DNA of 64,000 bases from Botryllus schlosseri (Eukaryota): NCBI GenBank assembly GCA_051294905.1, contig CM119373.1, positions 4,032,001 to 4,096,000 of the forward strand, written 5' to 3'. This document shows, in pieces, positions 1 through 14,600 of the stretch. A model generated the notes under the pieces. The model searched no databases. It was not told the origin of the DNA and saw only the letters and a program-made list of their open reading frames with translations. Within the stretch, counting starts at the first letter, position 1. Each line of letters starts with the position of its first letter. A program made the position numbers and the translations under genes.

Positions 1-698
1 CTGGGAAACGGGCAATATACCCACAAAAGACCGATCTACTGTTATTTTGAATACCAAAACCAATCAGAGTGCGTGGTCGATTCGACTCTTCGTGTTATCG
101 TGTAGCTACATTTTAAAGATATTGCCGGTGCATGGGCTTGCGACATCGTCTACGATATTTATTCGACACATCATTATTGTTGACCGTGTATGAACGCTAG
201 ACGTTCCGTCATGTTTTATGTTTCGACCGATGCTGCAATACGCAAACTCATCAAGTTTATATCGTTACCAGCTGACGTGCTCGTGATAATAAACCTGAAT
301 AATTTCGAGGATACGAACTCTGATGGCATCAGTGCAACCATACTGCAATAGATATTACTTCACGACACCGGCTTGAATTACTCTTATTCTGCTTCACAAT
401 TTTTTGTTCCGAATTGATTTCAGAGGTCAACGAAACGACGAAGAAATCGGCGTTAAAAAGGAAACCAGTCAAAATACCAATGATCAAACAATCGACCAAG
501 GTGGAGGTCTCGATATACTTATGGTACTCACTACTCAGTACTTAAGGAAGGCTTGATCCTCTCGATCCTCCTATACCTATATCCTCTGTTCATTTTCTCG
601 CATTGTGTCTGTCTCGTTATGTGTATCGCATAGTGTGTGTCGGGAGGATGAAAAGAATGAGAACCTATGATTTTGATTACATGGTTATGTTTGGTTAT

Positions 699-2003
699 AG
701 GGGGAGACTACCTCTCGAATTGAAAAATTAGTGAAATGCCTCTTACTTCAAAACTAATAGAGCTATCTATCTGAAATTTGGGCACAAGGTGTTTTAGTTG
801 ACATCCTAAATTTGACAAAAATTTCGCGTTATATGGTAAACGCTTTTTTGATTTTTATCGAATTTTGTGATTTTTCGGGCTAATTTCTAGGAAAAATTTT
901 CACATCAACATTTTTCAATAGATTCGTTCCTTAATGCTCTTTAGGGATTAAAATAGATCTAATGCACCAGACAGGACTTTTTTTCTAGCCCTACAAGGAG
1001 TGACATATGAAAGAAAATCATTTTTTTGAAAAAAATTGAAAAAATAGCATTTTTCGACTTTCACGGATAATTGTGGATAGACCCCTTACCAATACCACGA
1101 AAAAAAAAGTCCTGTCTGGTTCAGCATCCCAAGATATGTCTATCTTCAAATTTTCAAGTTGATTGGATAATTTTTTCTGCCTCAAAAATGGTCACTAGTA
1201 CTCATAGTTACGCAAAATCAAAATTTCGAGAAAAAGCCATTTTAATTTCGCAACACATAAACGTAACAGTTATACTTTGAAAACTTCATTTTAGCATAGT
1301 TTGTACACTCAAACACTCCCAGGAGTATATGTTTTCTTTCAGCATTTTCAAGTTTTATGGTTTCGATATCGTTATTCATTGTTGCACTGATCTGAGCTAG
1401 TTGATTTCCATTCTTTGAAATCCATTTTCCCTCATGATTTCACATGATTTGCTGTAGTTGCTCCGGTAGTCGACAATAAAACGTGAGTGGCTAGTTCCAA
1501 AATCCAATGCCATACTTGTTTCTTGCTTGTATATGTTCTTTCATGCCATGCAGCATGGCATGGATTGAGATTGTGATATCTGTAAAGCACTAATCCGGAG
1601 TCTCACAGTCTTCAATCCTATCATTTTATCGCCAAAAAACAGTCACCAAACCCTGTCTCTGAGTACACGGGAACCACAAGCTACGAAATGCCAAGCTCTG
1701 AATATGGTTTGTTTACATGTGTTGTAACGCATCATTGATCAAACCATAGATCTCGCAAATAACACTAGATCTTCACGATCAAGCCTAGGGACCAGACACT
1801 CGGGTTATTGGTGGTTGTTGCGCCGTGAGTTGATAATTAGGGGGGGGGTGACTGGATAGGGTAATAAAATGTTAAATTTTACATACTTAGGCTTATCCAA
1901 TCCTTACAAAACTTGGGTAGATGAAAGATAACATCTAATGGTACAAATATCAATAAAAATAAAAATTTTGAATCTTTTTCATTTCCAGGGGTAGTCTCCC
2001 TCC
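699..2003. mobile_element. Non-autonomous DNA transposon, Kolobok-like (1305 bp)
   Basis: TIRs AGGGGGAGACTACC / GGTAGTCTCCCTCC (12/14) with a 4-bp TSD TTAT at 695-698 and 2004-2007. A paralogous empty site with a single TTAT is at 26475-26478. RR..YY ends and a TTAA-like TSD suggest Kolobok. Confidence 0.75.
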
Positions 2004-2504
2004 TTATGATCACGGTCTTCATGTTAATCAGAAGGCTGACACAATCAGCAATCGTGGAATAAAATGTAGAGCGAAAATTATCTCAGGTTTGATTAGTAGT
2101 GGCGTTAAAATGTTCACCAAACACCTTTCATGCGAGGAAGGTTTCTGGAGTTGGACACCAGTCAGCTTGTAAATCGTTGACGAAATAGATACATTTTTGC
2201 TCCGTTATGAGACCATAGGCCCCAACAGAACACACTGTACCCTACACCAGCGTATCGCTTGTTGTTATGAACTTCCTTTCCGGACCAATATATTATCACA
2301 CCGCGACTGTCTAACTATATGACATCACAAATCTCCTTTATCAATGTGGCACATTGCGAGCGTGTCGTCGCATCAATTCGTCGGCGCAACGCTTGATAAA
2401 CATCGTATCGTGACACCATCGTGGTTTTCAAGATCACTACTCCTGCTGTAATCGTTTCGCATAAATATGACACATCACATGGCGTTGATTCATTTTCCGA
2501 AAAG

Positions 2505-2630
2505 ATGAGATCTCTTTATTTTCATTTCGTAACGGTCGTCCTCGTAGCAGCGGCACGCAACAGCTTGGGATGTGAATGTGATGTGAAAGCCCCTTTGCCG
2601 AAACCCGAACATTCTATTGACTGGAGCCAG
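2505..2630 (+). CDS. Lipocalin exon 1 (signal peptide, MRSLY...IDWSQ)
   Basis: ATG at 2505, hydrophobic leader, donor GTATGG at 2631 (phase 0). Confidence 0.85.
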
Positions 2631-5600
2631 GTATGGATGTTGAGATTCGTTTCAGTAATAGGTGTGCTGACGATTATATTCTCATTGATATTCACCTGAA
2701 TATTTTCGGCTTACAATCGCCAGGGGAAGGGTAGGATAGTGTTGTATTCCAGTTTCCGTGCACGTTTATATCATTATCGACGATATTTCAGTTCAACTAC
2801 ACATGGTATGAAACAGTGACGTCGTTTGACCCCATCTCCTTGGGTCACAGATGTAAAAGTATGAACGTAGGACACGCTATCCCGGAGGAACACCTCGATT
2901 TGGTTGTAACATATTTCTACGACAAGTAAGTATTTTTTCTTTTAGAGAAGTCCTCTTACATCACTGTTCCATAAACTTTTTGAAGCGCGACGCAAATCTG
3001 AGGCTTTTAAAGATCTCTCGACCCAAGGCTCCAACATTGAATGAAATGCATTTCTTATGTTAGTATATGCTACGTTTTTATGGGCGTGTATGAAATAGAA
3101 ACGGTGCATAGGCCTACAAACCAGAGGAGCACAGTAACGAAATACTTTTCTTTTTCGGGAGCACACAAGTAATCATCACCTATTTGCTCTTTATTCGAGT
3201 GCTTGTGTTTTTTTTATTACTTTCTCTCCTACTTAAAACTACATCTATTTAATACTTTAGATGTTGTAGAGTGGAACGTAGTTTTGGGAGAGATTCCCCT
3301 ACTTTTATGAGTGAAATTGCCACATGAACGCGTGAAATAATCCCGATTGCGTCGCGCCCCATACTTTCAGAGCCCCTGGGCTATACCATGGGTCATTCGG
3401 TCATATGCTGTAATGATGAATTTTCTGCTTCGGTATCCGCGAAGAGCCAAAATAAATTTTGGCGTCATCGCTAAAAACAGTTCAAGTAACCTTGATGCTC
3501 GTAAATTGTACAATAGTATGTATAGTGACCATGTGTACATTTAGTAAAGTATTAATTAGGGTTGCATTTGAGAAAAATGGTTGCTTAACACTAGAACGAT
3601 CAAGTGGCTTTTTTGACGCATTTTCATTTTTTAAGAGCTGGCATTCAGTCAAATCCTACGCTGTTCGGCTGAAACTTCTTGACTTTTATTTATGTTATGT
3701 AGGCCACCTTACCTATGATTTTCATCACTCATCTAGTACAAATAAAAAAAGTTATACACATAACTACCTACAACTACCGAGTGGCTTTTTTGACGCATTA
3801 CAGTTTTTCTACCTTAAAGCATCGCAGTTTCATATTCTTGAAAGTGATTATGTATCTGCTAAACGCAGAAAAGTCGTTTGTAACAACAGAACTTTGTTAA
3901 TATCGACTTGGTCTAACTGTGTTAGCAGCAACATCCCTTGTAATAGAACGCCGTGGATCTTCCTGGTTCGGAGTCACCAAAGCTCTTAGTATTATATTTC
4001 TGAAGCTCAGCGTGTTACAGGACATGACATTTGAAATGTACCATTAGACCAAGCCGATATCTGTATTGTCCATACTAATATACTAGGGTTGTATAAGGGC
4101 AAAGGGCTTTGCTCTGGTCTACGAGCAGAGGTGGTCAAAGTAGTCACCGTCGCTACTCAAGTAGAAGTAGGAGTGGTGGTTCACAAGTAAGTAAGTCAGT
4201 AGGTATTCTACGCTTATATTTGCCTACGAAACTGAAAACTGTCAAGTAGAAGTAGAAGTAGTCTAAAATCATAACTACTTAAAAAGTAGTGTGAGTAGGC
4301 AAAATCTACTTCAAGTACTTCAAAAAGTAGAAGTACTTCGTTACTGACCACCTCTGTCTACGAGATGGATCTTCGGGGGGAGAGGGAGCTGGATCTAGTA
4401 AATTGAATGCATATGAGGACTGAGGGCATGATGAGTGCATTATGTTTAGTCAGACCCTCTCGAAGAACAGGTTTATGGAACTCATGAGCTTTCTATTGAC
4501 ATATGGAGTAAAAAAAGGTGTAGACTCGATAAAAAATAATATTGTTTTTGTTTATTACATGGTCGAAATGCCAGCAAATAATTGGGGTAAAATGTCAGAT
4601 GGTCGACGCTGCTACTACCAAGTATTTGTACAAGGGCGTCTCATATTTAGGCAAGGATAGGACAGGTCACCGCTTCTATAATCTATACATTTGCAAAGCA
4701 TAGTAATGTGAATAGTCTGGCGTAATCCATCTTGAAACAATGTTACGTGAATGTGGCTGTATACGCTTGGAAAAGCAAACGAAGTCCCAGTTGACACTAT
4801 TGTCAAAAGTTGCTTGAAGCTACCAAGGACCAGAAGGAACACAGGCAGCTTCATGTAGCCACACTTTTCAAAGCTATCATCTTGTTGATAACGGCGAGAT
4901 GCCAGTGTAGAGATCGAAGTTGTACACATATATATTGAGTTCACTCCAACCGGAGGTAACTGTTTCCTTCAGAAAGAACACAAACAAGAAACCAGTGACG
5001 GTTAAATGTTATAACGAAACAAAACCAGGAGGATATTATTGGCCAGGTTGCAAGGCAGTATTCTATGAGGGTACCACCAAGTCGACGATGTTTTCTTAGA
5101 ATGTGAATGATATTCTACTTGCCAAAATGCCGATACTATAAAAATATGCAAATCGAGGATTAGTTGCGAGATTGTATCATGCAAATCTTATCTGATAAGC
5201 TTTGTGATATGTCACCAATAACCAAGAATGGTAATGTGGCTAAAGCAGATCTGGAACCTACTCCAAATTTTTGAAGAACGCGCTCAAATACCAAATGCGC
5301 ACCAGAACAACACTGATATGTTACACCAAAAAACGGTGATTTGTTATATAAGTGTTGCACTAAGGTGTGTCTAAAATATTGCAAGTAGCTGTGAGCGCAA
5401 TAAAGAATGGTTTCTGATGCCGTTTGTTGAGATTTGTGCTGATTTTTAGCTCCGTTGGATGCATTTAATCGAAGAAAATTCAACATGCGTCAAAAAAGCC
5501 ACATGGTAGTTCTAGGTAGTTCGAAGTTCCGGTAGTTCTAGTGTTAAAACAATTTGTTAAAACATGCTTTAAACAGTGTTTTAAACAAAAGCCATTTTTT

Positions 5601-8600
5601 AGAAAATCATGTTTTTCAAGTTGTAAAATCAGGAGCTATATTTTCAATTCACTATGAAGTCACAATTGAATTTTGTGACGTCATAGCTTGAAAAAAACAT
5701 AAAAAAACAATAAAAACATATTTTAAAGAAGGGCCTTGTTTTAAATATGTTTGTTTTAAATGCAACCCTAGTATTGATATATATTTGCATACATTCTTAA
5801 ACCCACTTGTCGCAATAAGCAGTAAGTCGGAATGATTGACTTATTCTAATTCCCGCTATTTTAATTGTTATTTTCGTATTGGAAAGCGCCTTGTCTCCAT
5901 ATTAGGATATTGTCTCGGCGGTAGTCAATAATAATCGAAATGCGAAATGTCGTAGAAGGCGTGCTGTTGTCTGATAACTTGCAGTAACAGACGCACGTTT
6001 CTGCTTTTTTCCTGGATAGGAATGATTGATACGACCGTGAAGGTCAACTAGTCTGATCACACCCGCATCAAACACGTTTACTTGACTCTATACACCAGTG
6101 GTTCCCAACCTTTTTTCACCCACGTACCAATTCGAGGTTTTATGAAGTGCTCGCGTACCACCTACATAAATTACGCACGCTGAAGGCAGTCAAAAAAATT
6201 TTTCCGTCATTTATGACGTCATAATGAAGTAGTTGATCTAAGCGAGGCGTAATAGCAAATACTAATAAACTAGGCATTATCAGCCAGGGTTAATGGGATG
6301 CATGAAATTGTTTTTCACCCCCAGTCACAAAAGAAGAACAACATTATGAAATAACAGCAAACAGCAACGTCAATTGTTTTAATGCGATGGCTTTATTTGC
6401 TTATTTTCCACAAGCAAAGCGGTTCTCAAAGTATTTTTTTAGACACGCCCCCGTTTCTGATAGTGAAAAATTTCGCGCGCAATCCCGCCCTTCCCTTATT
6501 GTCATATCAGAAAATGCAGCCAGAATGCTAGCAATCCCAACTAATAATTTGATAGTATGGAAGGATATGACAGTTGATAAGAGAATTCTCAAATATGCAC
6601 GCAGAGAAAATACAATGAGTTGGAGATAAATCGCGCGAAACGCGAAAAAAAAATCAGTTTGCCGCAACTTAGCACCCCCCCAATTTGGAGAAATATTGCA
6701 CTAGCTGGTCGATGGGTGGCATGTGTTTGCTCACAGCGCATCGAAAGTCATGCATGAGCGCAACAAGTCGGTTTTGTTTCTTCAACTTGATAGTCATCAG
6801 ACATCAAAATCCTTGCTTGCACTCCCACGTAGAAGGGACAATTTGCAGCTGGGGAATAGCGTGAGAAGTTAGAGTCTAGTATGAGGAGGCCATGCTAAGC
6901 CAGAAGTTTATTGGTGGACGATATTTGTGTTCAACCCCACCTTAACTAATAACACCCTTCGGTCGAAGAAATAACAGAATCTACTCGCGTACCACCTGGA
7001 AGACCTTCGCGTACCACTAGTGGTACGCGTACCACAGGTTGGGAACCACTGCTATACACTATATAGTCGGGCTGTAAAAATGCTGGTTAAAAAAATAAAA
7101 TATAAAATAAAGTAAACGATGGTAGCAAATGATCAATGAGGCAATGTCTGGACAAGGTAAGACAACAGTGTTAATATAATGACAAGAGGTGATTAAGTAG
7201 GTATTTTATTAATATGTTATACGGCAATTCACGGATATGTTGTGGCAATTCATTCCAGATCATAAGTCGTGAGTAGTCTGGCCAAAAGGTTCGACATTGA
7301 TATGTCCACTGTTAAGGTGCCGAAGTGACAGCGCCGAATATTCCAGCAGGCGCAGCTTGAACCGCACGTCTCAAATGTGACCCACCGAGGTAAATAATGA
7401 GCCCTGTGTCGAAATGCGAATTTGGAATCGTGTTCTTCTCTCGGAAGGAGATATTCTTTCAGTTTGGACTGGTTTGCAAGCGATACAATCTATCTGGAGC
7501 AACGACAATCTTTACCGCGACCTTTTCAGACAAATCTAGAGTCTGACCAACCTTAACTTGAAACCAAACCGACTTGAATATTACAGGAGTTGGTAAATTT
7601 TTCATCATCATCAGACCATATCATCGTAGCAACACTGATTAGCCTGTCACTTATGGGATATGGTACTGAACACAGTGGACTTGGAAACGACCAAATCAAC
7701 CACAGAAGATCGATCATTGCGCAACTGAAATAAATCATGAAAATATTACGTAGGCCTACATGTAGTAAGCCAAGGGGTTCTTGACCTTTTTTTCTCCAGC
7801 GCCCCTTTCAAAAACTGCCCGAGTCTGGCACCCCCTATTTTAAGTAGGCTACTGTATAGTAAAAACAATGGGTAAGTTGTCGAAGTCCGCTTTCGGGTTG
7901 AGACTTCATTATTAGACCATTTGACTAATTAACGGTATAATTGTATGTGCTCTTTTCGGGGTCAAATCCGGGTTGTTATAACAACCATCGGGTAAGGCCT
8001 ATACGGGCTCACAGCATTTGGTTCGAGATCGATGTACACATCCCGAATTCTCCTCTGCGATTGACAATACGGTGAAGTTATTGTATTGGGTTTTGTTTTA
8101 TTGCTTTGTGTGACAACTAAATCAAATGAGAATGTGGTAGAGATTTTCTCGCAATAAAATTAGTCCTGCACCAAGCTTTTAACTTTAACATGAATGTTGG
8201 TAAGCAGTATCATCCTTTATGATACGATGAAGAAATATTCTGACGATTTAATTTTGTAGCTCTCATATACAGGTACATTTAGTTAATTATTTTGACCAGA
8301 AAGCTTCAAAACATCTTTAATGTACAAAGGGCATCACTCTCAAAAGTTTTGCGATAGCCTACAGTGCCTTTTCGACACGCATGGCGCCGCAGGATAAAAT
8401 ACCTAGTTCAAAACATTTTGTGAAAAATACCTGAGCTATCAGTATAAGTATCAGTTTATTATTATTTTCATCATTTCAAAACAGCACACAACTGCGATAC
8501 AATCAAAAGATAGGAAGGTGTCGAAACGACTTTGAGTAGCTAGCGTAGCGGTACTGTTATAACGGGGATATGGCAATCCAAAAGAACGCCACATTCATTT

Positions 8601-11600
8601 ATATGAATTAAAATAAACCACCGCATTCATGAAACATAATCGGTGGATATTTCGCAATGAGCGCAACGAAAACGTCGTGATTTGACAGATTTTGTCGAAT
8701 GTTAGTTTGCAATGAGAACTCAGGGATATATAGAACTATTGTTCTACTATATAAACATATGTCCTTAGCACACTATCCAATGCGAGGCTAATTGGGCGCT
8801 GAGCCCAGCGCCTCTTATTTAGCCCCCTTCAAAATTCAAACTGCTCCCCCGGGGGAAGGGGATGGAGACAAAATTGAGAATCACTGCGGTAAGCGATAGG
8901 TCTTGTGCGGTAGCGACCAAAATCTGTTCCCTTCGCAACGAATAATTCAGGAATTACTGGCGTACACTCTAAATTCGAATGCGTGCAGAGGAACGCAAAA
9001 TTACACGCCAAATCCGGTTTTTTTTTTAACTACCACACAACGTGCTGGAGCCGATGTGTGCCTGGCTATCCTGTGTTTAGTGGTGGTGTGTTCATGCTGA
9101 CTTGCGCAGAGCTCGAAATTAATACCAGCCATCCATGAATTTTTACTCAGCTTAGGCTCAAAAAAGATTTTATTGCAACGAAAGATGAATACAGAACATT
9201 CATTTGCAGACGAAAATGTGTGAATTTCTAGCTTGCACAATTGAAAAATTTAAGATTTTCCAAATAGAAATAAGAACTACAGCTACAAAGTTGTCATAAA
9301 TTAGATTCTAATTAGAGCAAAGAAACGTTTCACTAATTGGTGTAGAGTTATAGCAACACAGTTGTTTTCGCAAATTAGATCCTAATTAGAGAAAAGAAGC
9401 ATTTCACAAATTGGTGTAGCAATAGAATTATAGCGACACAGTTGCAACCACAAATCACATTTGAATCAGAGCAAAGAAACAATTACAATCCTAGCGACAC
9501 GCTTGTTTTCACAAATTAGTTTCTAATTAGAGCAAAGAAACATTTCACAAATTGGTATGGAATTAGAATTATAGCGACACAGTTGCAACCACAAATTACA
9601 TTTGAATCAAAGCAAAGAAACATTTCACAAATTGGTATAGAATTAGAATCATAGCGACATAGTTGTCATCACAAATTAGATTCTAATTGGAGCAAAAAAC
9701 ATTTCAAAAATTGGAGTAGAATTACAATCATAGCAACACAGTTGTTTTCATAAATTAGATTCTAATTAGTGCAAAAAACATTTCCCAAATTGGAGTATAA
9801 TTAAAGTCATAGCGACACAGTTGTTATCACTAATTAGATTCTAATTAGTGCAAAAAACATTTCATAAATTGGAGTAGAGTTAGAATCATAGCGACACAAT
9901 TGTTATCACAAATTATATTCTAATTTGAGCAAATAACATTTCAAAAATAGGAGTAGAATTACAATCATAGCAACACAGTTGTTTTCACAAATTAGACTCT
10001 AATTAACGCAAAAATATTTCCCAAATTGGAGTAGAATTAGAATCATAGCGACACAGTTGTTATCACAAATTAGATTCTAATTAGAGCAAAAAAACATTTC
10101 AAAAATTGGAGTAGAATTAGAATTATGGTAACACAGTTGTTTTCACAAATTAGATTCTAATTAGATCAAAAAAACATTTCCCAAAATGGAGTAGAATTAT
10201 AATTACGGTATAGCGACACAGCTGTTATCACAAATTAGATTCGAATCAGAGCAAAGTAACATTTGAAAAATAGAAGTAGAATCAGAATAATTACTGCAGT
10301 ATATTTTCTGAATTAGACTAGAATTTAATTAGAGGTAGTTTTTATTTCAAATTAGAGTAGAATTAGAAATATAGCTATACGGTAGTTGTTTTCTAAATTA
10401 GATTCGATTGAGAGCAAAGAAACATTTCACAAATTAGTGTAGCATCACAATTTATAGCTACACAGCTTTTTCCAAATTAGAGTTAAAATATATTTGTAGT
10501 TTTTTTTTCGAAATTAGAGTGGGATCAGAATTATAGTAACAGTTTTTTTCAAATTATAGAGTAGAATTAGAACTATAGCTACACTGTTTTTTCCAAATTA
10601 GAGTACAATTAGAATTATAGGTTCAGTTGTTTTCACAAATTAGATTCGAATGAGAGAGACGAAGCACTTCACGAATTAAAGTAGAATTATAATTATAGCT
10701 AGTTTTTTTTTCAAAATTAGAGTATCATCAGAATTTTAGCTATACATTTTTTCACTCTAATTAGACAACTAGACTAGTACTAGAATTGTATAGTTGTCCA
10801 AGTCAGCAAACGAAATCAAAATCATTACTGGGATTTCTGAAATCTGCTCATAAGACAGAGAAGCTTGTTTGATTGAAACCCAAATTTTTGTCTTCAATCA
10901 CGACATACTGTAAAATTGAGAGTATCTGGAAAACTTTTGGATATGTGGGGTCACAAACATAATAGAGAAGATCCAGCACCATCTCAAATGGTGTCGCTTT
11001 ATTGTGAGACGATCTCTTTATGCGGAAGCCATTCGCCACGATCCATGACTGCAGGTCACCATTTTCATGGTGCGTTAGTACGAGATGTCGAGGACTCAGC
11101 TTTGTGGCCGTTAATTGGACTGAATGGGCCTGGAATTGAAAGAAATATGTTAAGTAAAATTATATTGCCAATAATCCATGTCTGAATTGAAAGCACAAGA
11201 TTTAGATTATGTAGAAATGCCTTTATGGGACTTCTGCATAATGAATATTGAATAAAAATAGAGCTGAATAGGTCAATATAGGTTTTTGTCAATATGGTTT
11301 AACAAGCTTAACTCATGGAAACAAGTGATAGCAAATTCTGTCGTCACGATATGCTGTCTAGTCGTTGACATGTATGGGTTTTTTCCACATAATCATAAGT
11401 TTACTAACCTTTAATAATCCATTCAGATTTGATCAGTATACCATCATACAGGTTCTTTTTGGAACGGCACAAGTATTATGTTCACATTCACTGATTCTAT
11501 GCACTATATCCATGGTAGCCATCCTCATGGTCTCGAAGTCAGGAAAACCAAAAATTACATTAGCAGCAGAAATGATTTTCCATGGTATGGGACAAAAACG

Positions 11601-14600
11601 AATTTGCACCAGCTCATTCTAACTTAGATTTAGCCTTATCAACAAGAATGATGTAATTGAAAAGCATTTAATAAACATTTATTTTTGGAGGCCTTTTTCA
11701 GTTCGAGTGTTTATTGCACCGTCATAACGTAAACAGCGTCAATCTAAACATAGGCCTACCATATTTTCAGCACCCAAAAACAATTGTGCCACATTTTGGC
11801 GGCACACATCTGAGCTCAACAGACCCTGAATTAGAACACATGTTTGTGGCGCAACTTGGAAATTAACAGACCCTGAATTAGAACACATGTTTGTGGCGCA
11901 ACTTGGAAATTAACAGACCCCCAAATTAGAACCAACTCAACATGCGCACATGTTAAGCCTTAAACTTTTCAAACTAGCTGTACTTTTGTGACGGTCTGTT
12001 AAGTTCAAACTTGTGCCAGATAGTGGCATGCAAAACGTCCAAGTTGTTACGGAAGACGCCGAACAATGTTTGCCGAAAAATCAGGACAAGAGTCGAAATC
12101 AGTACAAATCTGACAAATCAGGACGTTATGGTACTTCTATGTTCATTGTTCACACAGTTCCAGGTTAAGCAAGCAGCAAATCCTACAACTCACCTGATAA
12201 AGCGTTATCGCCCTCAAATCCTGTTGTGATTCTCTTTTCAGTTACTGCATTTCGTAATTCCATCAGGAGTATAACCGCAGCGGGTTCTTTTCCCTACAAA
12301 TAAATATAATAATAAATATAAATCATGTAGAAGATTTGGTTGAAGGACATTCCACTTATTGCATTCCGGTTGATATGAAGGCAAGACTTCTGACACAACA
12401 ATATTTAATATATAAAATTGCAACAAAAATAAACAGGATTATCCCAATTAATAAATTCATTCTAGAATAGTTAAATAATACTAACCTCTTCATCTGTCTC
12501 TAGCCCTACTCCAAATATTTCGTCATGAGTAGTAAGTATTTCGCTTCGACACTCCTCGGAACGAACATTTGAAGCCCCGCTCTGATCTATTACAAAGGCA
12601 AAGTGTTACTATAAAAGCAGCTATGTAGTGAGCTAAGCATGCACATTGCACACACACTTCTATGTGTTATATAGAGGGAACTTGATATGAATATAATAAG
12701 TGGGGCAATTTTTTTTTGACCTAAAAAACGGAAGATTTTGACCTAAAAAATCTAAATTTTGACCTTTTTTGACCTAAAAAAAATGAAATTTGACCAAATT
12801 TTGACCTCACGTATGCAAATTAGGTGTTTTCGCATATAATGTTAAAATTATACTACTTATCTTCATTTCTGGTTGGAACTGTCTGTCCTTACAAAGTAGA
12901 TTGGCCTGAAAAAACGTTTTTGGCTCAAAAACTGACAGATTTTTACATGAAAAACTAGTATTTTAACGAAATCTGGCCCTATGAAGAATTCCAGTAGTTA
13001 CATTACGTATTCTGGTGGAAATAATTAAAATTTGTTGTAGTACAACAACGAAAGATCCTTTCCTACATTCTCGGGTAGAAAGTGTCTGTCCTTACTACGT
13101 AGCTTGCCAAGAACGGAGTAAGAACGTTCAACAGCAGCATTTGTTGGCTGACAACACTCAAGTTGTGTGCACACTGCTGGTGACAAATCGTGTTGCTTCA
13201 ATCTGACAATGTTGTCTATATCACAATTTTTCAGCTTGCGCTTCTTGATATAAGAACCATGCAATGTCCAAGCAGTCTTGCTTCAGCTAGGATATTGCGG
13301 TACGTTGACCATAAAACCATGTCACTATTTGTTTCATTTGACCATTTATGATTCACAATGAGCAGACGATGGTCCGTTTACAACGGTAGACCTATAAAGT
13401 AGGCTACAAGCTGTAAAATATCAAATGATAAGTTCACCGACAGCGCAAAATCTACGATACAAACGAAATGCAGAGGTCAAAAAATGTTTGACTTTGTAAA
13501 CAATTTTGACAAATTCTGACCTAACGCTACAATTTTGACCTAATTTTGACTTTTTTTGACATGTCAAAAAAAAAATTGCCCTAATAATAAGATTTATTTC
13601 ACTGGATAATATTAACAATAATTATTATAATAGGTTCATGAATGAAATGTCATGTTTTCAACCAATGAAAATGTCATGTAATTGGAAAAACAAGTGAGTC
13701 AACTGCAAAACAAGATCTATATAACTTTGTCAAGAATTCTAGTTGTAAATCCATATTGCATCAAGTTAGAGGATTAACTGACATTCTGAAACTCAGTTTC
13801 GATGCTACTGCAAGTTGATCTAAAAGGCAATCTACCATTATTTATCACACTGCTGCTTGCTGTAAGAACCCTCTTGACAACATACCGGTAATCATAACAT
13901 ATCGCATGTTGATATTCTTGAACGAATTACCTTCAATTATTAAAGCAATGTGTTCTCTCGTAATGCCGTACGCAATCAACATCTTCTTCATTCCTTCCGC
14001 TATGATGAGATTAGCGACACGTTCATCCACATCCACAAAGTCACTGTACTGCGACCTGTCGCTCCATTTAAATTTGACCCTTTGACCCTGACTGAGTTCC
14101 CGCCGTTACCGAGAGATGTGAACCGTGAATGAGAGAGAGAGAGAGAGAGAGAGAGAGGGATAGCAATAGAGAAATATAGAGATGTTTATTCAGTCAACAG
14201 TCAAAAGCAGAATGCAGTGATAATAGCCAGGTAACACTAACGATTACTAAACAACGTACTTCAAAATTACGTGGTGATGACAATGATTGATTGATTGATT
14301 GATTTCTTCATTGCCATACTGCTGATATATCAATGATCAATAATGGGGAAACGCAATATAATGGAAGTCATAGTCAAGTCAGACAATCATGTGGTTGTAA
14401 CAATGATATATTTAATTGGGTTGAAATGATCAATTTCTTCTGCCAGTTTGGTAGGTAAATAAAATGAGAAGAGAAACGTTCACAAAACCTAGTAAATGCA
14501 AGAAAGCGACACACTAAAATAATGGAGCGACATTGATGAAACTGCAGTCCACTTCATGGCTCCTGAGCAATGTGCCCTTTTAGGTACGCATGTGTGCAAT

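Larger units (their letters stand above)
3557..5770. mobile_element. hAT-type MITE split by a piggyBac insertion
   Basis: TIR TAGGGTTGCATTT / AAATGCAACCCTA; 8-bp TSD GTATTAAT/GTATTGAT (7/8). Confidence 0.75.

Noticed and set aside
424..556. Terminal exon of an upstream gene
   Set aside because: It has a good acceptor, but two frames are open and neither has a recognisable motif, so it cannot be called.
3459..3989. 176-aa ORF
   Set aside because: It spans MITE and piggyBac termini; the repeated SGFFDA reflects subterminal DNA repeats.
9260..10790. CRISPR-like repeat array
   Set aside because: Units are contiguous with no unique spacers, there are no cas genes, and the context is eukaryotic. 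It is a satellite.
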